From Betaproteobacteria bacterium (GTDB lineage Bacteria > Pseudomonadota > Gammaproteobacteria > Burkholderiales > SG8-39), in the NCBI GenBank assembly GCA_005883675.1, contig VBCM01000097.1, positions 11,543-75,542 on the forward strand: 64,000 nt of DNA, given 5' to 3'. Every line of letters begins with the position of its first letter. The first letter of the stretch is position 1. A program made the position numbers and the translations under genes. This document shows, one piece after another, positions 23,636 through 32,814 of the stretch. The notes under the pieces are model-generated. The model worked only from the letters and a program-made list of their open reading frames with translations, was not told the origin of the DNA and made no database searches.

Positions 23636-24583
23636 ATGGTGCGGATCGGCATTTCCGGGTGGCGCTACGGCCCATGGCGCGAGGTGTTCTACCCCGAGGG
23701 CCTGCCGCAGCGCCGTGAGCTCGAGTTCTGCGGCCGGCACTTCCCCACGGTCGAGATCAACGGCTCGTTCTACTCGCTGCAGCGCCCGGAATACTACGAG
23801 CAGTGGTACGACGAGACGCCGCAGGGCTTCCTCTTCGCGGTGAAGGGCTCGCGCTACATCACGCACATGCTTCGCCTTTCCAAGATCGAGAAGCCGCTCG
23901 CCAATTTCTTCGCCTCCGGCATCCTCAACCTGCGCGAGAAGCTCGGCCCCTTCCTCTGGCAGTTTCCGCCGATGTTCCGCTTCAAGCCCGAGCGCCTCGA
24001 CGCCTTCTTCCGGCTGCTGCCGCGCAGCACCGAGCAGGCGCTCGCGCTTGCCCGGCGCCGCGATGCGCGCATGATCGGGCGCTCGCGCCTGGCGATCGAT
24101 GCGAACCGCAGGCTCCGCCATGCCGTCGAGATCCGGCACCCGAGCTTCATGACCGCCGAGTTCGTGCGCCTGCTGCGCAAGCACGGCATCGGACTGGTGG
24201 TCGCCGATACCGCGGGCAAGTGGCCGAAGATGTTCCACGTCACCGCCGACTTCGTATACGTGCGCCTGCATGGCGACATCAAGATCTACACGAGCGGCTA
24301 CTCCGAGCGGGCTCTCGCCAGCTGGGCGCGGCGCATCCGCAACTGGGACCGCGGCGGCCGCGACGTTTACCTCTATTTCGACAACGACGTGAAAGTGAAG
24401 GCGCCCTTCGATGCGCTCAACCTGATGGCCAAGTTGGGCCTGCATTGGAACCCGGCGGACGCGACCTGCGAAGAACCGCTCGCGCTGCATAAGGCGGGCA
24501 CGCGCGTGCCGCGCCTCAGATACGCCTACGGGCCTCGCGTTACCGGCGGCAACCCGGCGTGGGATTACCTCGGCCGGCGCTAG
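23636..24583 (+). CDS. DUF72 domain-containing protein
   Basis: 315 aa. TVEINGSFYSL and VYVRLHG blocks typical of DUF72. Confidence 0.85.
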   Translation: MVRIGISGWRYGPWREVFYPEGLPQRRELEFCGRHFPTVEINGSFYSLQRPEYYEQWYDETPQGFLFAVKGSRYITHMLRLSKIEKPLANFFASGILNLREKLGPFLWQFPPMFRFKPERLDAFFRLLPRSTEQALALARRRDARMIGRSRLAIDANRRLRHAVEIRHPSFMTAEFVRLLRKHGIGLVVADTAGKWPKMFHVTADFVYVRLHGDIKIYTSGYSERALASWARRIRNWDRGGRDVYLYFDNDVKVKAPFDALNLMAKLGLHWNPADATCEEPLALHKAGTRVPRLRYAYGPRVTGGNPAWDYLGRR

Positions 24584-24591
24584 ACTGCGGT

Positions 24592-25782
24592 GTGCAGAAG
24601 CGGGTGCTGATCGCCGGCGGCGGGCCGGCCGGGATGATGCTGGGTCTGCTGCTCGCGCGTGCCGGCCTGCGCGTCACGGTGCTCGAGAAGCACGCGGATT
24701 TCCTGCGTGACTTCCGCGGCGACACCATCCATCCCTCGACGCTGCAGGTGCTGCACGAGCTGGGACTCGCCGAGGCGTTCCTGCGGCTGCCGCATACCAA
24801 GGTGCCCAATCTCGCCGCGCGCTACGGCGACCGGGAGTTTCCCATCGTCGATTTGCACGGCCTCGGTACGCGCTATCCGTTCATCGCGATGATCCCGCAA
24901 TGGGATTTCCTCGACTTCCTCGCGCAGCACGCGCGCGCCTATCGTGGCTTCGAGCTTCGCCTGCAGACCGAGGCGACCGGGCTCGTGCTGGAGGGCGGCC
25001 GCGTCACCGGGGTGAACACGCACAGCGGCCCGCTCGCGGCGGATCTCGTGGTCGCGGCAGACGGGCGCCATTCCACGCTGCGCGCCGCCGCCGGCCTGGA
25101 AGTGCTCGACCTCGGCGCGCCGATCGACGTCCTATGGTTTCGCCTGTCGCGCCGGGCCGGCGACGAGGCGCAGACCATGGTGCGCTTCGGCCGCGGCAGC
25201 ATCGTGGTGATGCTCGACCGCGGCGAGTACTGGCAATGCGCTTTCGTGATCGGCAAAGGCGCGCTCGACGAAGTGAAGTTGCGCGGCCTGGACGCATTCC
25301 GGGCCGCGGTTGCGCGAGCCATGCCCTTTGCCGCCGAGCGCATGCGCGAGATCGCAAGCTGGGACCAGGTGAAGCTTCTGACCGTGCAGGTGAACCGGCT
25401 GCGCAGGTGGTACCGCGAAGGTCTGCTTTGCATCGGCGACGCCGCGCATGCCATGTCGCCGGTCGGCGGCGTGGGCATCAATCTCGCCGTCCAGGACGCG
25501 GTGGCCGCCGCGAACGTGCTATGGCGCGGCGACTTCTCCACGGCGAGGTTGAAAGCGGTCCAGGAGCGCCGCAATTTCCCGACGCGCGTGACGCAGCGAT
25601 TTCAGGTACTCGTGCAGGACCGGATCCTGAGCCGCGTGCTCGCCGCGAAAGCCGATAGCGAACGGCCGCCGCTGGTGCTGAACCTGCTCGCGCGCTTTTC
25701 GTTCCTGCGTCGGATTCCGGCGCGAATCGTCGGCATCGGCGTGCGGCCCGAGCACGTGCACTCACCGGCGGTGGCTGCCTGA
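24592..25782 (+). CDS. FAD-dependent monooxygenase/oxidoreductase
   Basis: GTG 24592. GxGxxG (IAGGGPAGMMLG), DGRHS, and GDAAHAMSPVGGVGINLAVQDA. Confidence 0.8.
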   Translation: MQKRVLIAGGGPAGMMLGLLLARAGLRVTVLEKHADFLRDFRGDTIHPSTLQVLHELGLAEAFLRLPHTKVPNLAARYGDREFPIVDLHGLGTRYPFIAMIPQWDFLDFLAQHARAYRGFELRLQTEATGLVLEGGRVTGVNTHSGPLAADLVVAADGRHSTLRAAAGLEVLDLGAPIDVLWFRLSRRAGDEAQTMVRFGRGSIVVMLDRGEYWQCAFVIGKGALDEVKLRGLDAFRAAVARAMPFAAERMREIASWDQVKLLTVQVNRLRRWYREGLLCIGDAAHAMSPVGGVGINLAVQDAVAAANVLWRGDFSTARLKAVQERRNFPTRVTQRFQVLVQDRILSRVLAAKADSERPPLVLNLLARFSFLRRIPARIVGIGVRPEHVHSPAVAA

Positions 25783-26904
25783 GACGATGTTGAACTCGTA
25801 GAGCCGGCACTCGAGCGCGCCATTCCAAAGCGGCGTGCGCCGCGAGGGCTCGAGGCGGATGAGCTTCGGCAGCCGCAGATCTGCGGTGAAAATGTAGCAG
25901 CGCCAACCCGCGAAGCGCTGCTTCAGCGCATCGCCCAGCCGCGGATAGAAGCGCGCGAGCTCTTCGGGGCTTCCCATGCGCTCACCGTACGGCGGATTCA
26001 TGACCATGACCCCCGCCGCCGCCGGCGCACCGCGCTCCAGCACATCGGCCTGCTCGACCTTTACCCAGCGCTCCACCCCCGCCTCGGCAAGGTTGCGCCG
26101 CGCCGCCGCGAGCGCTCTTGCGTCGTTATCGCTGCCATAGAGTTGCGGCACGCGCTCCTCGCCCAGGGGCTCGCGCTTGATGCGCTCCCATAGCGCAGTG
26201 TCGAAAGGCGCCAGCCGCTCGAAGCCGAAGCTGCGCTTCGCGCCGGGCGGGCGGCTCCGCGCCAGGGCCGCGGCCTCGATAAGCAGCGTGCCCGCGCCGC
26301 ACATCGGATCCATGAGCGGCTCCTCCGGCGTCCAGCCGCTCAGCGCGACGATGCCGGCGGAGAGGTTCTCGCGTAGCGGCGCTTCGGCGGCGCCGGTCCT
26401 CCAGCCGCGCTTGAAGAGTGGCTCGCCCGATGTGTCGAGATACAGCGTAGCCCGCTCGGCCTCCAGGAATGCGTGCACGCGCACATCGGGGTTTGCGCGC
26501 TCGACGCTCGGGCGCTTGCCCAGCACCTCGCGGAAACGGTCGCATACCGCATCCTTGATGCGCAGCGTGGCGAACTCCAGGCTCTTCAGCGGGCTGCGCT
26601 GCGCCGTGACATTGACGCGCAGCGTGCGCTCGACGCGGAAGTAGCGCGGCCAGTCGATGGCGCGCACGGCCGCATAGAGGTCGTGCTCGTTGCGGTAGCC
26701 GAACTCCGTGATGCGCCACAGGACGCGCGACGCGATGCGCGACCAGAGGTTGGCGCGATAGCAGGCGTCCCAGCCGCCCGAGAAGGCGACGCCGCCCGGC
26801 ACAGCGCTAGCGCTGATCTGCAGTTCGGCCAGCTCGCGCACGAGCAACGCCTCGAGCCCGCGCGGACAGCTCGCAAAGAACTGCTCAGTCGGGCTTGAAG
26901 ACAA
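25762..26904 (-). CDS. THUMP-domain class I SAM-dependent RNA methyltransferase (RlmL/RlmK N-terminal type)
   Basis: FFASCPRGLEALL start region and NPPYGERM motif. TTG 26904 is the nearest in-frame start (uncertain). Confidence 0.8.
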   Translation of the reverse strand: MSSSPTEQFFASCPRGLEALLVRELAELQISASAVPGGVAFSGGWDACYRANLWSRIASRVLWRITEFGYRNEHDLYAAVRAIDWPRYFRVERTLRVNVTAQRSPLKSLEFATLRIKDAVCDRFREVLGKRPSVERANPDVRVHAFLEAERATLYLDTSGEPLFKRGWRTGAAEAPLRENLSAGIVALSGWTPEEPLMDPMCGAGTLLIEAAALARSRPPGAKRSFGFERLAPFDTALWERIKREPLGEERVPQLYGSDNDARALAAARRNLAEAGVERWVKVEQADVLERGAPAAAGVMVMNPPYGERMGSPEELARFYPRLGDALKQRFAGWRCYIFTADLRLPKLIRLEPSRRTPLWNGALECRLYEFNIVSGSHRR

Positions 26905-27301
26905 CGACCAGCACCGCGGCGACGAGAACGAGCACCGGGAACTCGTTGAACCAGCGCAGCCACAGGTGGCTCCGGGTGTTGCGATCGGCGGCAAAGTCGC
27001 GCAGCAGCCGGCCGCACCACAGGTGGTACCCGATGAGCAGCGCGCCGAGCGCGAGCTTCGCGTGCAGCCAGCCGCCCGCGCCGCGGAACCACCCGAGCCA
27101 CAGCCAGGCGCCGAAGACGAGCGTGAGCACCCCGCCCGGCGTCATGATTCCCCAGTAGAGCTTGCGCTCCATCACCTTGAAGCGCTCGCGGGAGGCGAAG
27201 TCGTTCGTCATCGCGTGATAGACATAGAGCCGCGGCAGATAGAACAGCCCGGCGAACCACGTCACCATGAAGATGATGTGCAGCGACTTGACCCAGAGCA
27301 T
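26885..27301 (-). CDS. hemJ: protoporphyrinogen oxidase HemJ
   Basis: 138 aa. MLWVKSLHIIFMVTWFAGLFYLPRLYVYH and C-terminal NEFP...VVVFKP. Confidence 0.85.
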   Translation of the reverse strand: MLWVKSLHIIFMVTWFAGLFYLPRLYVYHAMTNDFASRERFKVMERKLYWGIMTPGGVLTLVFGAWLWLGWFRGAGGWLHAKLALGALLIGYHLWCGRLLRDFAADRNTRSHLWLRWFNEFPVLVLVAAVLVVVFKPD

Positions 27302-27980
27302 CAGGCAGTGAAGCGACGGCGCGCAAACATGATGGCGATGGCGTAGCCGGCGGCAGCATACGCCAGCAGCACGGCGACGTGCAGCGCGGCCTGCGAAGGC
27401 CAGCGCCCGGCGACCAGCGGGCGCACGAGCTCGAAACGCCGGAGACCATCGTCATCGGCGTCATGATGAGGGTCATGTAGAAGCTGAAGAAGTCCCAGTT
27501 CTTCGCGAGCACCGTCATGATGAGCCCGCATGCGGCGAAGGCGAGGCCGACCAGGAACGCGACGGGCAGCGTAAGCACCACGATCGGCGATGCCGCGAGG
27601 CCAAACACCGCTGCCACGGCGAGGATGGTCGCGCCCGAGAGCCACGCCTTGCTCGCCGCCCACACGATCTCGCCGGCGACGATGTCGTCGATGGTGAGCG
27701 GCGCGTACAGGATCGCGTCCCAAGTCTTCTGCCCATGCATGCGCGAGAACCCCGAAAACATGGACTCGAAGGAGGCCGTGAACATCGTTGCGGAGCAGAG
27801 CGTCCCCGCGGCGAAGAAGGCGATGTAGGACATGCCTTCGACCGAGGGCAGCAGCGCGCCGAGGCCGTAGCCGAGGCCGAAGAGCAGGATGAGGGGGTCG
27901 GCGAGGTTCGACAGCACCGAGGCGATGACGAGCTTGCGCCAGACGAGGAAATTGCGCCGCCAGACCGCGATCCAGCGCAT
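27301..27980 (-). pseudogene. ABC-2 type (NodJ/YadH-like) permease, internal loss plus frame change near 27436
   Basis: The N-terminal 182 aa are in ORF 26586..27980 (ending ...TLIMTPMTMVSGV). The C-terminus FELVRPLVAGRWP...ARRRFTA is in ORF 27301..27723. The 680-nt span is not a multiple of 3. Confidence 0.8.
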
Positions 27981-28888
27981 CAGTCTCTCAGGTCGCGGCC
28001 GGTGAGCTTGAGGAACACATCTTCGAGGCTTGCCGGGCGATGGAGGTAGCTAAGCTCCGGCCGCGCGTGCAGGTCGGCGAGCACCGGCGCCGCGTCCGCG
28101 GCGTAGACGAACACCGTGTCGCCGGCGCGCTCGACGCGCGGGGCGAGCCGGCGCGCGCGCTCGAGCCAGGCGTCGAAGCCGTTGCCGTGCACTTCGACCA
28201 CGTGCGGCTCGATGTGCTGGGCAATGAGCGCGCGCGGCGAGCCGCTCGCGATGAGGCGCCCGCGATCCATGATCGCGAGGCGATGGCAAAGGCGCTCTGC
28301 CTCCTCCATGAAGTGCGTGGTGAGGATGAGCGTCTTGCCTTCCTGCGTGAGCCGGCGCAGCCGCTCCCAGATGAGATGGCGCGCCTGCGGATCGAGGCCG
28401 GTGGTGGGCTCGTCCATGATGAGGAGCTGGGGGTCGTTGATGAGCGCGCGCGCTAGCGTGAGGCGCCGCTTCATGCCGCCCGAGAGCGTGTTGATGCGCG
28501 CCGCTTCGCGCCCCGTGAGCCCGGCGAAATCAAGGAGCGCCGGTACTTTTGCGGCGACCGCGGGACGCGCCATGCCGAAATAGCGCCCATAGACCCGCAG
28601 GTTCTCCGCAACGGTGAAATCAGGATCGAGGTTGTCGAACTGCGGCACCACGCCTACGCGCTGCCGCGCTTCGCGCGCATGGGCAGGCACGGGCTCGCCG
28701 AGGAGCTCGATGTCGCCGGCATCCGGATAGGTGAGGCCGAGGCAGAGGCGCAGCGTCGTGGTCTTGCCGGCGCCGTTCGGACCGAGGAGCCCGAAGCACT
28801 CGCCCGGCGCGACGTCGAGATCGACGCCGCTCACGACTTCCAGCGTGCCGTAGCGCTTGCGCAGCCCAACGGCGCGCAAGACGCTCAT
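27980..28888 (-). CDS. ABC transporter ATP-binding protein (NodI/YadG-like)
   Basis: Walker [10 protein letters not shown], signature LSGGMKRR, Walker B LLIMDEPT. Confidence 0.9.
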   Translation of the reverse strand: MSVLRAVGLRKRYGTLEVVSGVDLDVAPGECFGLLGPNGAGKTTTLRLCLGLTYPDAGDIELLGEPVPAHAREARQRVGVVPQFDNLDPDFTVAENLRVYGRYFGMARPAVAAKVPALLDFAGLTGREAARINTLSGGMKRRLTLARALINDPQLLIMDEPTTGLDPQARHLIWERLRRLTQEGKTLILTTHFMEEAERLCHRLAIMDRGRLIASGSPRALIAQHIEPHVVEVHGNGFDAWLERARRLAPRVERAGDTVFVYAADAAPVLADLHARPELSYLHRPASLEDVFLKLTGRDLRD

Positions 28889-29478
28889 GCGCAGTGGGCG
28901 CGGACGAGCCCCCGCAGGATATGCAGCTTGCGATGAAAGAAGTGGTCCGCCCCGGGCACCAGCACGACCGGCAGATCCTGCGGCCGCGCCCAGTCGAGCA
29001 CCGCGGCAAGCGGCACGGTCTCGTCGTGCTCGCCATGGATCACGAGCGTCCCCGGCGCGACTGGCGGCAGCTCGAAGCGCGTGACGGCGACGCCGATGAG
29101 CACCAGCTTTTCCGCCTTCACGCGCTGTGCGAGCAGCACTTGCACGCCCGCGCCGAATGAAAAGCCGGCGAGCGCAAGGTGTTCAGGCTTGAGATGGGCG
29201 ACGATCGCCGCCAGGTCTTCTAGCTCGCCGCGGCCTTCGTCGTGCGTGCCCTCGGTCGCGCCGACACCGCGAAAATTCGCTCGCCAGGCCTCGTAGCCGA
29301 GCTCGACGAAGGCGCGCGCGAGCGTCTGCACGACCTTGTTGTCGAGCGTGCCGCCGTAGAGCGGGTGTGGATGGGCGATGAGGGCGACGCCCTTGGCCGG
29401 CCCCTCAGGGTCGTCGACAGCGCACTCGATGCGGCCGACCGGGCCGGCGATGAATTCCCGGCGGGTGCTGGCCCTCAC
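28885..29478 (-). CDS. alpha/beta hydrolase
   Basis: 197 aa. HPHPLYGG, nucleophile-elbow-like GFSFG, and C-terminal GADHFF. Confidence 0.75.
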   Translation of the reverse strand: MRASTRREFIAGPVGRIECAVDDPEGPAKGVALIAHPHPLYGGTLDNKVVQTLARAFVELGYEAWRANFRGVGATEGTHDEGRGELEDLAAIVAHLKPEHLALAGFSFGAGVQVLLAQRVKAEKLVLIGVAVTRFELPPVAPGTLVIHGEHDETVPLAAVLDWARPQDLPVVLVPGADHFFHRKLHILRGLVRAHCA

Positions 29479-29783
29479 ATGCGCAGGCGCTCGACGATGC
29501 GGCCGTGTTGCAGGTGCTCCTCGATGATCTCGTCGACATCAGCACGGTCGACGTACGTATACCAGACCGCCTCCGGATAAACGACGACGCACGGGCCTTC
29601 CTCGCAGCGATCGAGGCAACCGGCCTGGTTGATGCGGATCTTGCCCGGCCCGGCGAGGCCCAGCTCTTTCACGCGGCGCTTGGCGTAGTCGCGCAGTTCG
29701 CTTGCGCCCTTGTCGTTGCAGCACACGCGCCCGCCGTCGCGCTGGTTGCAGCAGAAAAAGACGTGTCTTGCGTAATGGGACAT
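29475..29783 (-). CDS. thioredoxin-like [2Fe-2S] ferredoxin
   Basis: ATG 29783 inside ORF 29475..30371. 102 aa. Cys clusters FFCCNQR...CC and AGCLDRCEEGP. Confidence 0.8.
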   Translation of the reverse strand: MSHYARHVFFCCNQRDGGRVCCNDKGASELRDYAKRRVKELGLAGPGKIRINQAGCLDRCEEGPCVVVYPEAVWYTYVDRADVDEIIEEHLQHGRIVERLRM

Positions 29784-29791
29784 ACGCGATT

Positions 29792-30844
29792 TTAGCCGAG
29801 CGGCTCGCGCCGCCGCGCGGCGAGCAGCATCAGATAGCCAAGCGCGACATAGGCCCAGAGCGCGCTCACGAGGCGCGTGACGCCGTTGAAGTTGAGGAAA
29901 TGCCCCTGTTGCCAGAGCTTGAGCGACGCGGCGAGATAGGGGTTGGGAGGCGCCAGGTTCACGAGCACCGTGGCCGCCATGAGCAGCACGGCGGCAGCCG
30001 CGAGGCGCGCGACGCGCGGCAGGGCGAGCGCCGCGAGCGCGACCAGGATGCCGGTCGCGAGGCCGAACTGGGCGCCGGGAGTCAGCCACACGAGCACGTT
30101 TTCCGCGTGCATCAGGATGGCGACGGCGGCTGTCTTCACGCCGACGGCGGCGAGCACCAAGGCAAGGAACATCGTGCGCACCGGCTGCCCGGGCCGGGCG
30201 AGCGCCGAGAGGAGCAGCGACACGCTCACCACGTTGGCCGCCGCGATGAACGCCTCGATGCCGACGAAGAACTGCGGCGCCCGCGCGCGTCCGATGCCGG
30301 GCGTGAGCCAGTCGCGAAGGTCGCCGGCCGCGAAGAGCAGCGTCGCCGGGTTTAACTGCGTGAAGAGCCACAGCGCAAGCAGCGCCAGCCCGAAGTCGAT
30401 GTCGGCACCGTCAAGGAAGGCGGCGCTGCGCAGCCGCTCGAGCGGACCTCCAAGGACCGCGGGCGCCGCCAGCACGGCGAGCGCGGCGCCGCAAGCCGCG
30501 CCGGCGACGTTGCAAAGGACGTCGACGTTCGCCGCCACGCGAGTGGGCAGATAGCTCTGCGCCGCCTCGAGCGAGAGCGAGAGCACCGCGGCGCCCGCCA
30601 GCGCGACGGTGAAGGCCCCGAGCGCTCGCATGCGCGGATGAAGCGCAGCCACGCACAGGAAGCCGAAGGGCATGTAGCCCAGGATGTTGAGCGCGACGTC
30701 GAGGCCCATGACGTTGCGCGGCCAGGGCGAGCTCAAATAGGCGAACGGCGATAAGCCGTGGTCGTGCCAGCCTTCGAGCGGATAGAGCGAAGCGTAGACG
30801 ACGAGCAGCACGTAGAGGGCAAAGGCGATGCGCGCGAGCGGCAG
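29792..30844 (-). CDS. VanZ-like family membrane protein (start codon unresolved)
   Basis: LYVLLVVYASLYPLEGW plus multiple TM segments. The only in-frame ATG (31087) lies 218 nt inside the upstream gene. CTG 30844 is used provisionally. Confidence 0.6.
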   Translation of the reverse strand: MPLARIAFALYVLLVVYASLYPLEGWHDHGLSPFAYLSSPWPRNVMGLDVALNILGYMPFGFLCVAALHPRMRALGAFTVALAGAAVLSLSLEAAQSYLPTRVAANVDVLCNVAGAACGAALAVLAAPAVLGGPLERLRSAAFLDGADIDFGLALLALWLFTQLNPATLLFAAGDLRDWLTPGIGRARAPQFFVGIEAFIAAANVVSVSLLLSALARPGQPVRTMFLALVLAAVGVKTAAVAILMHAENVLVWLTPGAQFGLATGILVALAALALPRVARLAAAAVLLMAATVLVNLAPPNPYLAASLKLWQQGHFLNFNGVTRLVSALWAYVALGYLMLLAARRREPLG

Positions 30845-30869
30845 GGCGCTCGCGCCCTCGGCGGCGTGG

Positions 30870-32255
30870 TCAGCGTCGCGCGCCGTGGTGATGAGCCTGC
30901 GCGAGCGGCCGCGGCACGAGCGAGCCCGCCACCATGCCCGCAGCCGAGCAGCCGAGCCCGATGAGCGGCGGCGGCACGGTCGCGTCCGGAGCGGCCAACG
31001 CCGCGATGAGCCAGCCGGCGAGCCCGGCGAGCGAGGAAACGATGGCGCCGGCGTTGTTCGCGCGCTTCCAGAAGATGCCTGCCGCAAGCGGCACGAGCGC
31101 GGCGACCAGCGTCACGGTGTAGGCGTTTTGCACCATGTCGTACATGGTCTGCTTGGAGTTGAGCGCGAAGATGAGCGCCGCAGCCGTAAAGCACACCAGC
31201 ACCAGGCGCAGCGTGAGCAGGAATTGCCGATCACCCATCCGCGGATAAAGCGGGCGGATGATGTTTTCGGTGCAGAGCGAGGTCGGCGCGATGATCGCGC
31301 CGCTCGCGGTGGAGAGGATGGCCGAAAGGAGCGCGCCGAAGAAGAGCACCTTGATCCACATCGGCGTGTGCTCGAGGATGAAGTTGGGCAGGATACGCTG
31401 CATGTCGCGGGCATCCTGCGCCGAAAGCAGCGTGCCGAGGCCCGGATCGACCAGCAGCCCGGCCACCACGATGTAGATCGGCACGAAGACGAAGCAGAAA
31501 TACACCAGGCCGCCGAGCAGGCTGCCGGCGATGGCGACGCGCTCGTTGCGCGCCGAGGTGACGCGCTGGAAGATGTCCTGCTGCGGAATCGAGCCGATCG
31601 CGAGCGTTAAAAAGGCGGTGGTGAACGCGAACCATTCCTTCGTTCCGCCGGTCGGCCAGAACTGGAACTTGCCGCTGTCGGCGGCAGCAGCGACCACCCT
31701 TCCCACGCCGCCCGCCATGTCGCACACTACCATCGCCACGGACCACATGCCGCCCCAGATCGTATAGGCGAGCACCACGACGGCGCTGATGACGATGCCG
31801 GTGGAAAGCGAGATGGCGCCGCCGGTGAGGGTCGAGAACACGAGCCCGAGCGCGGTGAGCTGCGCCGCGGTCCAGCCCAGGTACGAGATGGCGATGATCA
31901 CGCTCGTGCCGAGCTCCATCGTCTTGCCATAGCGCTTTCGATAGAAGTCGCCGATGGTGAGGAGATCCATGCGGTAGAACGCGCGGGCGAAGAGCAGCGC
32001 CACGATCACCAGGCACATCGACGAGCCGAACGGATCGGCGATGATGCCGCCGAGCCCGCTCTTGGAAAATTCCACCGAGACGGAGAGCACGCTCTCGGCG
32101 CCGAACCAGGTGGCGAACACGGTGGCCGTGTTCATATAGAGGGGCAGGCTGCGGCCGGCGACGACGTAGTCCTTCGAGTTATGCACGCGTCGTGCAGCCC
32201 ACAGACCGATCGCGATGGTGACCAGCAGGTAAAGAACCACCGAGGCGATCAGCAT
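30870..32255 (-). CDS. sodium:solute symporter (SSS) family transporter with a probable in-frame internal loss near 31730
   Basis: ATG 32255 inside ORF 30870..32657 (MLIASVVLYLLV...). GGMWSVAM is joined directly to VVCDMAGG. Confidence 0.85.
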   Translation of the reverse strand: MLIASVVLYLLVTIAIGLWAARRVHNSKDYVVAGRSLPLYMNTATVFATWFGAESVLSVSVEFSKSGLGGIIADPFGSSMCLVIVALLFARAFYRMDLLTIGDFYRKRYGKTMELGTSVIIAISYLGWTAAQLTALGLVFSTLTGGAISLSTGIVISAVVVLAYTIWGGMWSVAMVVCDMAGGVGRVVAAAADSGKFQFWPTGGTKEWFAFTTAFLTLAIGSIPQQDIFQRVTSARNERVAIAGSLLGGLVYFCFVFVPIYIVVAGLLVDPGLGTLLSAQDARDMQRILPNFILEHTPMWIKVLFFGALLSAILSTASGAIIAPTSLCTENIIRPLYPRMGDRQFLLTLRLVLVCFTAAALIFALNSKQTMYDMVQNAYTVTLVAALVPLAAGIFWKRANNAGAIVSSLAGLAGWLIAALAAPDATVPPPLIGLGCSAAGMVAGSLVPRPLAQAHHHGARR

Positions 32256-32265
32256 GCGCGCGCCA

Positions 32266-32814
32266 TCATAGCCGCCGCTTCCACACCTGCCAACGCTCCT
32301 TGCCCTGGAACACTTGGAGCGATTGCGCCGCGGGCCGGTCCTCGACGCGCTCAAAGCGGTCGAGCAATAGCGCCAGGAACTCCGGCGCGATGCCGAACGG
32401 CGGGCCGCGCCGGTTATCGTCGAAGTAGAAGAACCCGGCGAGGACAGCGCCGCCGCGCACGAGCTCGGCGATGCGCCGCGCCCAGCGCGAGCGCTCGCAG
32501 ACCAGATCGAAAGGCGGAGCATCCAGGGTAAAGAAGTCCGCCTTGCTGACGCGCCCTGCAAGCTCACCGAGCGTACGCCGCGCCATTTGGATGGCGGCGT
32601 CGAAGAAATCGATGCCAAGCACATCGTCGCCTTGTTCGGCGAAGGCGCGCACTTCATAGCCGGAGCCGCAACCAGGCACCAGCACGCGCCGTCCGGGCGT
32701 TTCTCCCTGGAGCCAGCGCGCGAGCTTCGGCGGCACGCGGCCCGCGTCCCACGGCGTCACGCCGTCGCGGTACCGCGTATGCCAGAACTCAGGCTTGGAG
32801 GAGTCCGATGCCAA
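32266..32814 (-). CDS. TPMT-like SAM-dependent methyltransferase
   Basis: TTG start. [25 protein letters not shown], and GPPFG. Confidence 0.75.
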   Translation of the reverse strand: MASDSSKPEFWHTRYRDGVTPWDAGRVPPKLARWLQGETPGRRVLVPGCGSGYEVRAFAEQGDDVLGIDFFDAAIQMARRTLGELAGRVSKADFFTLDAPPFDLVCERSRWARRIAELVRGGAVLAGFFYFDDNRRGPPFGIAPEFLALLLDRFERVEDRPAAQSLQVFQGKERWQVWKRRL

